Origin: Chlorokybus atmophyticus
Lineage: Eukaryota; Plantae; Mesostigma and Chlorokybus algae
Assembly (NCBI GenBank): GCA_009103225.1
Contig: RHPI01002823.1
Location: 783,797-847,796, forward strand
Reading direction: 5' to 3'
Length of the DNA stretch: 64,000 nucleotides
Shown here: positions 1 through 11,500 of the stretch, piece after piece
Layout: the number at the start of each line of letters is the position of its first letter
Numbering within the stretch: position 1 is the stretch's first letter
The notes under the pieces: model-generated
Told to the model about the DNA's origin: nothing
Seen by the model: the letters and a program-made list of their open reading frames with translations, nothing else
The model's database searches: none
Position numbers and translations under genes: made by a program

Positions 1-311
1 GGGGGGGGGGAGACGTGGATGTGTGCATGCATGCGCGCAGGGTGGGTGGGTGGATAGGCGTTCGCGTGCGTGCGACACAGCGTTATACACCCGCGTACAC
101 GGCTGTGCGTGCATGCTCATTAGCAGGCTCACAAATGTCCTGCATGCGCACAAGCGCACTCACTTGCGCGCACATCCATGCACATGCACACACGCACGAA
201 CACAAGTCTGCCATCAGCACGCACACATGCACACGCACGCGCACACTCACACTTGCAACCCACTCACCCGCCCACCCACATCCGCACCCACACTCTCTCC
301 CCCCTCCCCAG

Positions 312-630
312 GTACGGTTTCCTCTCCCGTTCCATCTCCGGTTCCTCCCTCTCCTCCACCCTCTTCCGCCTCTCTCTGGACCAGCTCCTCTTCGCCCCCT
401 GCTTCATCGCGGTCTTCTTCTCGGCCCTGCTCACTCTCGAGGGCCGCCCTGATCAGATCAGAGCCAAGCTGAGGAGTGACTGGAAGGAAGCGGTGGTGAC
501 GAACTGGAAGATTTGGGTGCCGTTCCAGTTTGTGAACTTTGGGTTCGTGAAGCCGCAGCTGCAGGTGGCGGCGGCGAATGTCGTTGCGGTCGTGTGGAAT
601 GCGTACTTGTCGTTTGCGACGCATAAGTAG
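312..630 (+). CDS. Mpv17/PMP22 family membrane protein, last exon; the 5' part lies upstream of the window
   Basis: AG acceptor at 310-311 after a pyrimidine tract. The exon reads YGFLSRSISG...DQLLFAPCFIAVFF...NWKIWVPFQFVNFGFVKPQLQV...NVVAVVWNAYLSFATHK*, containing the family motifs DQ..FAP, W..W.P.Q..NF and N.....WN.YLS. TAG ends at 630. Confidence 0.88.
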
Positions 631-1167
631 GGGGGGAGGGGGAGTGATGATGGAGATGCATACCCACATGGTACCAGTGTTAGCCAACAAGCGCTCTCTG
701 CTAGTGCCATTTTGTGACGGGGGTTTGTGGAATGGCGGCAATGCTTGTTGACTCGCATTGTTTGAGACACCATGTCCGAAGTGTCATCTTGCAGTGTTGA
801 TGATGTGGATTGTGCGATTGGCAGTGTGAATGAGCGTGTCATAGCATGCTGGGAGAAGTTTGCAGGCGCAATTCACACGTGCAACTGTTGTGCCAAACAC
901 ATCCACAATGCACCAGTGATTATTGAACACCTATAGAATACCACATTGCGCATGCTGACACTGCGAGGCACTGCAGGTAGAACAGCCCACACCCACACAT
1001 GCATCAATGATGTATAGTCAAGTAATACAATAGGATGGCAGCCGAGCATCAGGTTCCACAAGCAATAAGAGCTGCAACACTCCCAACGTTGTTTTTTAAG
1101 TTCCGGAACATCACTGTATCTCGCTGCCTGCTGTGCCTTGTCTGCAGCGGCATACAACTCTGGACTG

Positions 1168-1176
1168 AAACCCTAG
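1168..1176 (+). promoter_or_regulatory. Telo-box (AAACCCTAG) upstream of RRP9
   Basis: The motif lies about 140 bp before the RRP9 ATG, with a second partial copy (AACCCTAA) about 20 bp downstream. Telo-boxes are established in plant ribosome-biogenesis gene promoters. Confidence 0.55.
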
Positions 1177-1313
1177 AACTGGCCAACCCTAACCCAAGTT
1201 GTGAGCTGCGGCGGCACTGGCGGCGGCGGCGGCGGGGGCGGAGGCGGCGCCTGGCACTTGCGTGTCGACAAATAAGTGTGCCAGCTTGTCCTGCTACCCA
1301 ACAAGTGAACCGA

Positions 1314-4300
1314 ATGAGGATGGTGAAGGCGCGTGGGGCCTCTCGTAAGGTACAGACCCAATACATTGTCGCTGCTGGAGGTCGCCTGTCAGTCGGCGTG
1401 CATTGCTTGGGTGTTGATGATAATTTGCTTGCGTGATGCTGTATATCTTAGTTGGATATGTCTTGATGCGAGTGTTGTGTTGCAATCAACATGCAGTGGA
1501 GTCACCGTTATGTTTTGGTGAGTGATGAACAGCATGACCATTCAGTGCAGTCAGCATGCATGAATATGTCACGCTTGATCTGTGCTGCGTGTTTGGGTTT
1601 GTACGTTGGTACAAGGCAAGAAGTAATCAAAGGCGCTTGCAGTAACTTGTGAGCATGTGTATGCATGAGCAGAGAGCCAGAAGCACAGAAGACACAGGTG
1701 GCAGAGGTGCGAGCAAAAGGAAGGCAGCCCTTGCAAGCCTTGAGCAGGAGGAGATTGAGTCCGAGCCGGTAGGATCCGTATTGCTACAACTGTAAATCAA
1801 CTACAGTTCAACAGTGTTGTTATAACTGAATTTCAACAGTGTCGTTGTGTGTTGTAGTTGAGGTTCTTGTTGCACAAATCTTTTTGCAGGTTGCCAGCCA
1901 TGAGTTGTGGTATTTGTACTCAACTTTTTGTGTCTTCGTTGGGTTGTGTTAGAGCGATGATGAGCGAGGTGAGGAGGGCCCTGCCACAGAGGATGAGGAG
2001 AATGGGCACGAAGAGACGGCAGAGGAAAAGCGGTTGCGCCTTGGTACGCTCATGTTGGTTGCATTGGAATGCTACTACTACCTGACACAACAGTTACACA
2101 CACATGCATTGGTAAGTTGTCAGTTCAGTGCATGCTCACAATTGTATATGCGTAGCGCGTCGTATGCATACGCGTTATAAACACTGAGCTTATAGGATAT
2201 AAATCGCAAGCAACCTTGAATTGTGTAATCATGCAAATGTCCCTTACTGGATGGCACAAAGAAGACATGCGAGTTCTTGTTTGGGTTTCCCAACCAGACC
2301 TGAATTTGGTTTGGCCAGACTCTCTTTGGATCAGCTCACTAATTGTGTCCACATTGCAGCCAAGGCGTATTTGGACCGCATGCGCACGGATGCCAGGGGC
2401 TCCGCCGATGAAGCAGATGAGGACGAGGATGCAGCCGTCACTGAACGCCTTCGGCAGGATCAGGTATTGTGTCCAACATTACGCCATGAGTTTGTCCATG
2501 TTTGATACCTACTTCGCAGCATATACCTAGCATTTGAGAGTGTTGTTTGTCTTGAACAGATCACATGTTTTTGGCTAGTTGTATGCATGATTGAATTATG
2601 GGTTCTTAGCACTCCCGAAGCATGTGCATGTGCTCAAGACCTAGGTGCACACCCACACAAGCACACATGCCTGAGTGTGTGTGTTTGTGCGTGCGCGTGC
2701 ACAGGCACGCACGCACTCTCGCACGCAAACATGCACGCACGCACGCACTAACACCAACATCAACACGCGTTGTACATATTTTGCAGATGGAGGCTGCTGG
2801 CATGCTTCAGCGGAAGATCGCGGCGCGCGTGGTTGCTCCTGCGAGTGGAGCAGAGCAGCCGCTGCCCGTGGACTCCTTGTGGCGCGGGCATCGCTTGAGC
2901 ATAACATCTGTGGTGTTGTCTCACGATGATGCGACGGCTTACTCCGCATCAAAGGACGGCGCAATCTTTCAATGTATGGACAACATCAATACTTTGCTAC
3001 ATTGTACAGGTGTTATGCCTGTCAGTCGAGCTCATCATAATGTGTGTGTTGGGCAGGGGATGTTGAGACGAGCGCACGCACGCGGTTCCAACATGTAGGT
3101 GATGAGGAGCCGTCAACATCAGCACCGACAGCCAATGGGCATGCGAACGGGCACGCTGTGAGCGACGGGCACAGTGGCAGGAGGAAAGGGAAAGGGAAGG
3201 GCGGCAAAGGTGGCAAAGGTGGAGGTGGCCATGAGGGCAGCCGTCACACACTGTGTTTGTCGGTGAGTAGTTGTTTTGTAACTTGGACATCAAGGCTTCT
3301 AGCTTGTGTAAACATCAATGTCAAGTCATGACTAGCTAGGCACAGATTTCTCAACTCACTCATCTTTGCTTGGCAGTTGAGTTCAGATGGACGGTTTTTA
3401 GCCTCTGGTGGTTATGACCGCAAAGTGCGTGTGTGGGATGCGCGCACGCACAAAGTCATACGAGCCTTCCCGGGACATAAGGACGCAGTTTCGGTACAGT
3501 CACAACCACTAATGTTATTTTCTACCTACATCTACCAACCATATCTGCTCTCAACAACAATGCTTATGCACTGTGCAGTGTTTGTCATTTAGAGAGGGCA
3601 CACACGAGTTGTTTTCGGGCTCGTACGACCGCAGCATCAAGCAGTGGAGCATAGACGACCTCGCTTACATGGACTCCCTTTTCGGCCACCAGAGCGAAGT
3701 GCTGTCATTAGCAGTGTTGAAACGAGAGCGCGCCGTGTCGACGGGACGAGACCACACGTGTCGACTGTGGAAGATACCCGAGGAGACGCAACTAGTCTAT
3801 CGCGGACATGGTGAATCCATTGACTGCTGCGCTATGATATCGCATAGCGATTGGATTACTGGGTCGGATGACGGGTGAGTAAGATGTCAGCATGTTGGTG
3901 TTGCCTCATATCAACAGTGACAGTTGCATGTGGCACACTGCACAGCTCAGAAGAGTGGAGTCAGTGGCAGTGGTGATTAGTGAGCAACAGTGACATGAAA
4001 CATTACTATGATGTTGAGCTCATCAAGTATATCGTTTTGATAGGGAGTGACTTGTCTGATGAGCTGCTCATCGCATTAATCCTCAACTATAAGCATGTTA
4101 AGGATTACAGTGTTGACGAGTCATCAAAGCACATTGTTCATTGTCAGTTGCTATAACCTTGATGAGTAAAGGATCGTGCACAGGTCTTTGTCGCTGTGGA
4201 ACTTCATGAAGAAGAAGCCAGCCTTGGTGATACGGGATGCGCACGGCGGCGGTGTCGGGTCGGCAGCAGTGGGTTTGGCTAGCGGTTGGATGCAGTCGGT

Positions 4301-4875
4301 TGCCGTCTGTCGAGGCGCCGATTTGGCGGCGTCGGGTGCCGGGGATGGCGCCGTGCGGCTGTGGGCGCTCGAGGACAACAACAGGCGCCTTCGGCCGCTC
4401 TACTCCTTCGCTGCGGTGTGTGTTTGGTGGCATGCTTGCAGCACAGAAGTAAAAGAGTGAGTGAGTGTTTGGTACTCACTCTGTGGGCGTGTGGCTCGTG
4501 CAGAGAGGGTTTACCAATGCGCTCTGTCTTGCGCACAGCGGGCGGTTCGTTCTCGCAGGGGTTGGCCAGGTAACTACTCAGCAATAGGCGATTGTTGCTG
4601 TCACACTGCACGTGTGTGCATGGGTGCATGTGCGTTTGCGGGTGGGTTGTAGAGTCCGTTAATTGCAGCCATGTTCACGAAGCGTGTCTATCACTGTTTG
4701 ATTGGTTCATAGCTTTTGGGATGTTGCTTTCATTTGTAGATCTGCGAAGTTGACAGTTCGCTCGTGTCACGCATAGGAACCCAGGTTGGGTCGTTGGGGC
4801 CGCACTTCAGCGGCTAAGAATGGCATCATTATGCACAGAATCAACTTGAGCGATGCTGTTGATGAAGATGAGTAG
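1314..4875 (+). CDS. RRP9: U3 snoRNP-associated WD40 protein (U3-55K/Rrp9), multi-exon
   Basis: Spliced exons give ETAEEKRLRL|AKAYLDRM, RGHRLSITSV, SSDGRFLASGGYDRKVRVWD, ELFSGSYDRSIKQWS...SLFGHQSEV...STGRDHTCRLWKIPEETQLVYRG, SLSLWNFMKKKP and GVGQ|EPRLGRWG, with GT/AG junctions in frame. TAG at 4873-4875. The ATG choice (1314 or 1320) is uncertain. Confidence 0.93.
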
Positions 4876-5348
4876 CATGAGTTAGCAGCCGGCTTATGGC
4901 GAGTGGGTGTGGGCTCGCACATGTCAGTCGAGTAGGGCATGTCTTCAAGCAACTGGTGTGTTGCAAGGAGCGCCTTGCCCTGCAACTGTGTGGAATCCAT
5001 GTGGGCGACTGCTCCAAAATCTGTCTGGAAAGTTGCACAAGCTGTCAGCAGTGTGGTCAGGTTGCATTGCTAAAAGTTGGCAGTATGACACCACGATTGT
5101 GCACATCATTGTGCTGGCGTTCTTTGCAGCCATATTGATACAATATGTCGTGAACATATACTGTACGTAATGCTATGGTCTACTAGTCAGTCACGTAACA
5201 TTTTTCAAGACCTACACCAGTTGTCCGTGTGTAAACTGTATTTTGTCATGATTGTGGATTGCTCTATGGATCATTTACGACACGTCTTGGTAGCAATTAT
5301 TGATGGGCACCTGTAGCCCAGCACCAAGATTGTACCGCCACCGCTGGN

Positions 5349-5682
5349 CCCCTGCCGCTCCTCGGATCGTCCGCGACCGCCGTCGCAGTGAAGCTGCTAC
5401 CAGCTGGTGCGTTTGGTGTACAGTGATATCATAGCTCAAAGCAGCTAGGGTTTCAAGCTCTGTGCGTCATGCAAGCTTAGTAGACGGCAGCTGTACTTCC
5501 ATGCTTATGAATGGAACGGTTCGGAAGCTCTTTTCTTGGCGGAAACCCATGTGGCGTCTTAAGATACTGGCAGCATTTTGTATTCATTTTATGCAGACGC
5601 TCGTACGTGTGCATGCAGGGTGTACACGTGCGATCTGCCGTCTGATCTATGCTGCTGAGCCTTTGCCATGCTGATTGTGCTC
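5349..5682 (+). repeat. 334-bp copy of 14899-15232 (5' region of the CASTOR-like gene)
   Basis: No mismatch seen against 14899-15232 (offset 9550). It starts immediately after the N at 5348 and diverges after CTGATTGTGCTC. Confidence 0.9.
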
Positions 5683-6179
5683 CCCCCGCATTCATAAAGG
5701 CCCATGTAATAGTAGGGGATAGGTCACACTATCATATTGCTTTATTGCTCATTCCCATATATATTGTGCAGTCGTAACACGCGGATGCAATGGTAACATC
5801 ATTTTAGACTTTGATTTTGTGCAAGTTGCATCTACTTTAATACACATAGAATGTATATGATTACGACGACAATTATTCTTGTGTAAATATTGCAGTTAGC
5901 CATATCAACAGTGTAACCTGAACTCGATGTCTATGCATAACAACTCTCGGAGTGTGCTTTGCGCAGCTTTTCAATTTGTCATGCAATGCCCTTTTTAATG
6001 GTTTAATGGTTAGTGTATTCAAGAAGAATTTCGCAAATCAAGATATTATAGGCGGGCAGATATGGTATGTACCTATTATACCTGCCCGCCTATGATACAA
6101 GCCAGATTATGTTAAAATGGCTTGTATTGTAACGGGAAGGTACATAAATTACCACAAATCGACCATAAAAGCACCAAGT

Positions 6180-6250
6180 CTTTTGTGGTCGAGTGGGCTG
6201 TGACATTGGTCATCGGAGCTTGAGACCCGGGTTCGATTCCTGCCTCGCAC
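6180..6250 (+). other. Degenerate tRNA-like segment with Pol III A and B boxes inside the 5' end of the retroelement
   Basis: A-box-like TGGTCGAGTGG at 6186-6196 and B-box GGTTCGATTCC at 6230-6240 at tRNA-like spacing, with a GACCCGGGTTCGATTCC T-arm context. Acceptor and anticodon stems do not pair well. Confidence 0.55.
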
Positions 6251-7402
6251 ACGAATTCCGCGGTCGTTGTTTCTCGATCCAATAATCGTAAATGGTCACT
6301 TTATGAGTGCCATCATCGATGGGTCGCGACTTGCCTAATGGCAGTCGCGCCGAAGTGACCTGACCAGTTCAGTCGGCGCGGCAGGGCGCGACCTGCCTAT
6401 CGCGGCGACGCGACCTGTGGGGCCGGCAGCGGAGCGCTATGCGCGCGCTGACCGGTATGGGCCTAAATTGGCCGGTCCTTGGATGGTGGGGCCGGTGACC
6501 GACCCTAAATCAGACCCCTGGGATAGATTCCCCAGCTGATGGGCGCCAGCTGCCGAGGATGTCAGCGTTCTTAAGTGGGGGGGAATGTAACGGGAAGGTA
6601 CATAAATTACCACAAATCGACCATAAAAGCGGCCTCTCCACGTGTGAGGTACCATCACACGTCGGTGACTTGCCTGCTTGCCTGCTTGTCAGCTGCTTGC
6701 CAGGTGCTTGCCAAGTGCACGTGTGTACTTTCATGCACATCACACAGTGGCTTGCCAGTGCACTATCATTGCTTGCAGTAATTGCCCATCATTGCATGCG
6801 GTGATTGCGGCTTGCTAGTGTGCCATCACTGTTTGTCACACTTAGTGCACTATCATTGCTTGCAGTGATTGCCTGTCATTGCATGCGGTGATTGCTTGTC
6901 ATTGTGCTTGCCAGTGCATGTTACAGTTAGTCACCGTGCGGCTTGCCTGTTGCATGCCTGTGGCTTGCTTGTTGCATGCCTGTGACGTACCTGTGACCTG
7001 CCAGTGGCTTTGCCGGGTCGTTTGACCCGGGTCCGTAAGTTCCAAACCAAACTGTTCCCAAACCCTCCCCCTCTGGCTTCGGCCTGGAGATCGGGACTTG
7101 GTTAGGATAGTTGTGGGGAGGTTCTAGGACAATCTGTTCCCAAACCCTGTTAGTCTGAAACCCTCCCCCTCTGGCTTCGGCCTGGAGATTGGGACTTGGT
7201 TGAGGACAACACAGGGTTAGGACATTCTGGTCCCACTCAGACTTGTTCTGTTTGGTGACACTCCAGATCCAACCTTTCCTATTTTAGGACTGGTTTGGAC
7301 TCTGTTTGGGACTTTTACAACTTGGGGTCATTTTGATCCTGTCGTTGAACCTGGTCCATTGGTGAGGTTCTCACCATCCCATTCTGCCTGTTTTGCAGAC
7401 AA

Positions 7403-8578
7403 ATGGAAGAAAACTCGGTGCCCACCTCAAAAGGGGAGAGCTCAGAAAAAGAGCAACTTTCCCGTGAGGAGGAATTTCCATCCATGGAAGATATTCCGAA
7501 TCCGGATGATGCACCTGATGAGTCTCAAGCTGCTAAAGCTGCGGAAGCTTCAGTGGATGATAGATCACCTTCTATATTCCCTGAGTTTTCTATTCGCATG
7601 ACACAGCAGGACTTGATGGAGCATTTCCTTAGCACCTATGATCAGGACCCTCGTGAGGCAATTGTCTCATTCGTGAACTTTCTCTTCCTATTGGCAGAAA
7701 AAGTTTCAAAGCTCACCACCTTTATGGGGCGAGATTGGGAGGGGCAGATGGGTGAAGGCAAACGTGTTCTGAATATGATCGAGCGTCTGCAGCGTGCTGA
7801 CGGTGGTCCACCTGTTCAAGCACTTGCTCGTCCTGCCGAGTTTGTTCCCAACAAGCAAGCGGCCATCTTCGACTGGCTTGTGAAGTTGCGACACTATGTC
7901 AACTCCCTTCACATTTCTGAGGAGGGGAAATTGCGTGTAGCTGAGTTGCTGATCCCAAACGATGCTCTGGCAGAGTGGTACCGCCGTAAGCAACGGGATA
8001 CAAACCTCGGGCGGGAAGTAAATCAGTTGTGCTTTTTCATGGAGCAGCGCTATGGTGGCGCAGATTCTGCCCAGGTTGCTCGCAACCAGCTACACAACCT
8101 GCGTCAGAACGGGCGTCCGGTTCAGCAGTATATCCAGGATTTTCAGTCGTATGTCAGCAAGATCAATGCTGGCAAACTACCTATCAGTGATGCTGATCAG
8201 CTGGATATGTTCAGGCGTGGCTTGGACACAGATCTCGTGCAGCATGTGGCCGTCAACCCCGCGAGTTTGCAAGAGTGGGCCTCGACGGATTTACCAATGC
8301 TGATGCAGATGGTTGCTGCTGTGGACAGTGTAAAGCGCTCTCACGCCAACATGCAAACCACGGCAAAAGAGGCAGCCCCGGTTTCAGCTGCAAAGCGCCC
8401 GGCCACTGACAACAAACCTTTTGTGAAAAAGGCGAAACCATCTCATCCTGCTGGCCCCTACAATGCGGCCAAATCCATCATCACTTGCAGTTTCTGCAAG
8501 AAGACAGGTCATGGGGAGGCTACGTGCTATGCAAAACAGAATGCACAGAAGGCCAAGCAGCAGAGAGAAAAGAAATAG
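7403..8578 (+). CDS. gag: Retrotransposon Gag with CCHC zinc knuckle
   Basis: 391-aa intronless ORF with CSFCKKTGHGEATC (CX2CX4HX4C) near the C-terminus and a capsid-like LHNLRQNGRPVQQYIQDF segment. Confidence 0.88.
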   Translation: MEENSVPTSKGESSEKEQLSREEEFPSMEDIPNPDDAPDESQAAKAAEASVDDRSPSIFPEFSIRMTQQDLMEHFLSTYDQDPREAIVSFVNFLFLLAEKVSKLTTFMGRDWEGQMGEGKRVLNMIERLQRADGGPPVQALARPAEFVPNKQAAIFDWLVKLRHYVNSLHISEEGKLRVAELLIPNDALAEWYRRKQRDTNLGREVNQLCFFMEQRYGGADSAQVARNQLHNLRQNGRPVQQYIQDFQSYVSKINAGKLPISDADQLDMFRRGLDTDLVQHVAVNPASLQEWASTDLPMLMQMVAAVDSVKRSHANMQTTAKEAAPVSAAKRPATDNKPFVKKAKPSHPAGPYNAAKSIITCSFCKKTGHGEATCYAKQNAQKAKQQREKK

Positions 8579-11500
8579 GAATTGTCCGTGGTTGGTAGCT
8601 TAGTCGAGCAGAACGACTTTAAAAACTCTGTACTTCTTGATAAAGTTTCCTCTCTTTGCGATGTATCAGATGTATGGACTGATATGAGCACACCACCTGT
8701 GTTGAGAAATGCAAACGGTTGTGTTTTAATCAATGTTCCATTCTCTGAATTAGTAACTGCTGTTAAGCACTTACACGAGTTGCAATTACAACATGCTGTC
8801 ACTGCATGTGTAGTTATCCCTCGATATCATGGCCCGTGGTCGCGATTGTTGAAAGGGGGAGAAGTAATCATGCAACTCTCACGCAAAGATACAGGAGCTT
8901 CACCATTGCAAGTGATCTTTATCAAGTCTGCTACCAATCACGGCACTCCGACATTAGCTACATTTGATGGTCACTCAGTGCCACTCAAATGGAGATTTGA
9001 GAGTCAACTTATGGGTACACCATGTACAGCATTGATTGATACTGGTGCAAACCATAACTTTGTTGAACATGCTTGGGTGAAACGTAATAACATTCCTTTC
9101 ACACCAGTGAAGTCACGTCATATGTACGTGCTGCTGGTTCCACTCTCAATGCAATGGGAGAGGTAAAAGGGCGTTTTGTTACTAATGGCCATATAACCCG
9201 ACCAGCCTTCATCGTGGTGGATATTGGTATCCCCGGGGTGGATGTTGTTTTAGGGGAACAATGGCACACTGAAGCAGGTTTACAATTAGACTCTCGAGCC
9301 AATACGTGCACCCTTCGTAAAGGGAAACGTAGGATGACTTTAACAGCATCTGTACCCGCACGTATACCACGCGATAATGTTCCGCTCCTCTCTGCTATGC
9401 AATTGAAACGTTGCATGCGTAAACGTGAGGACGTATACTTACTGCACTTACGACAGGTGGAAACACCTGCTGAACAGGCTATCAGTGACCCTGTGGTGCA
9501 GTCACTTACGGAACAATACGCAGATGTATTTCAGGATGAACTCCCAGAGTTGCCTCCCGATCGAAAAAAACATACATCATACCATTCCGTTAGAGGAGGG
9601 GGCAAAGCCACCTTGGCGGCCTTTATACAGGCTAAGTCCCTTAGAACACGCGGAGATGGAAAAACAGCTCAAAGAGTTATTGGACAAAGGTTTAATAACA
9701 AAGAGCATATCTCCTTTTTGTGCACCAATTTTGTTTGTGCCCAAAAAGAATGGCAAGCTACGCATGTGTATTGATTACCGTGCGTTGAACAAGGTCACTG
9801 TGAAAAACAGATACCCTTTGCCTCGGATTGATGATTTGTTTGATAAGCTGTCAGGTGCAACAGTGTTCAGCACGCTGGATTTGACCAGTGGTTATCATCA
9901 AATCAAAATCCACCCGTCGGATATACAAAAAACTGCATTTCGCACCCCACTAGGACACTTTGAGTATAAAGTGTTACCATTTGGGTTAACAAATGCACCG
10001 GCTACATTTCAGACAGCAATGAACGCGGTATTTGCTGATGAATTGTACAAGTTTGTACTGGTATATCTAGACGACATTATTGTGTTCAGCAAAACCCGGG
10101 AGGACCAGCACAAACATGTGGAATTGGTTCTAGCTAGATTACGCGAACACAAATTCTATGCCAACCTGTCCAAATGCAACTTTGCAAAGGATGAACTAGC
10201 CTTTTTAGGGCATGTGATTGGCAAAGAAGGATTGAAACCAGATCCTCAAAAGGTGTGTGCGGTAAAGGATTGGCCACCACCCAAGGATGTACATCAGTTA
10301 CGTGCTTTCTTGGGGCTAGCCAATTATTTCCGCAAGTTCATGCGAGCATATTCTGGCATGGCAAACCCTTTAACATCTTTACTAAGAAAAGATGTTAAAT
10401 TTGTGTGGACGGAGGCACACGAGGTTGCTTTTACACGCATTAAAGATGCATTAACACAAGCCCCTGTGTTAGCCTTCCCCGACCACACCAAGCCTTTTGT
10501 GGTGATCAGTGATGCTTCCACCATTGGGTGTGGGGCAGTCCTTCTACAGGATGACAGACCATGTGCATATGAAAGCAGAAAGTTCATTCCTGCTGAACGT
10601 AATTACACAACCACTGAGCAGGAATTGCTCGGGGTGGTGCACGCGCTGCGCACATGGCGTTGCTACTTGGAAGGGGTGGAGTTTTCAGTGATTACTGATC
10701 ACAACCCGCTCACATTCTTTCATACGCAACAAAATCTGTCGAGGCGGCAAGCTAGGTGGAATGAATTCATTTCTCGTTTCACTTTCACTTGGCAATACCG
10801 TCCGGGTCGCACCAATGTGGCGGATCCACTAAGTCGCAGCCCTGCTCTTTTGGCACTTACGCGCTCTCGAAGTACGCGTAATGTACAACAGCCTGAAGAT
10901 CTTTTCTTAAAAGAAGTGTCCACAGGTTATAACTCAGATGATTGGTTTAGCAGTCAAACCAATCTGCAACAGCTTACCGCTGTTAGCAATCTGTGGTATA
11001 AAGGGGAGCAGTTGGCAATTCCCAACTCGGGCGACTTGCGTAAGCAATGCTTACTTTCAGTGCATGACCCGCCGTATGGTGGGCATTTGGGGAAACACAA
11101 AACACTCAAATCTGCGCAACAGTTATACTGGTGGCCGTCAATGTCAGCTGACGTGGATCAATATGTTCGCACATGTGACGTGTGTCAACGTAATAAGCCA
11201 CTACGACAAAAACAAGCGGGATTGCTTAAACCATTGGCAATTCCAGAACAAAAGTGGGATAGTGTCAGTATGGATTTGATTACTGACCTACCTGAAACAG
11301 CAGCTAAATACACTGCTATTGTGGTTTTTGTCGACCGTTTGACTAAAATGGTGCATTTTGCCCCGTGTTGCACAACTGTAAGTGCACGGGACTTGGCACA
11401 CTTATTTGTGTCCACGGTCTTTCGCGTTCATGGTATACCGCGTGAACTTGTCACAGATCGTGATCCTCGTTTTGTCTCCAAGTTTTGGCGAGAAGTCTGT

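Noticed and set aside
6180-6250. Functional tRNA gene
   Set aside because: The A and B boxes are present, but the acceptor and anticodon stems do not form. Kept only as a tRNA-derived promoter.
8612-8626. TTTAAAA as a -1 frameshift site for gag-pol
   Set aside because: It lies downstream of the gag stop, and the frame that would have to enter it is closed by a TAG at about 8600.
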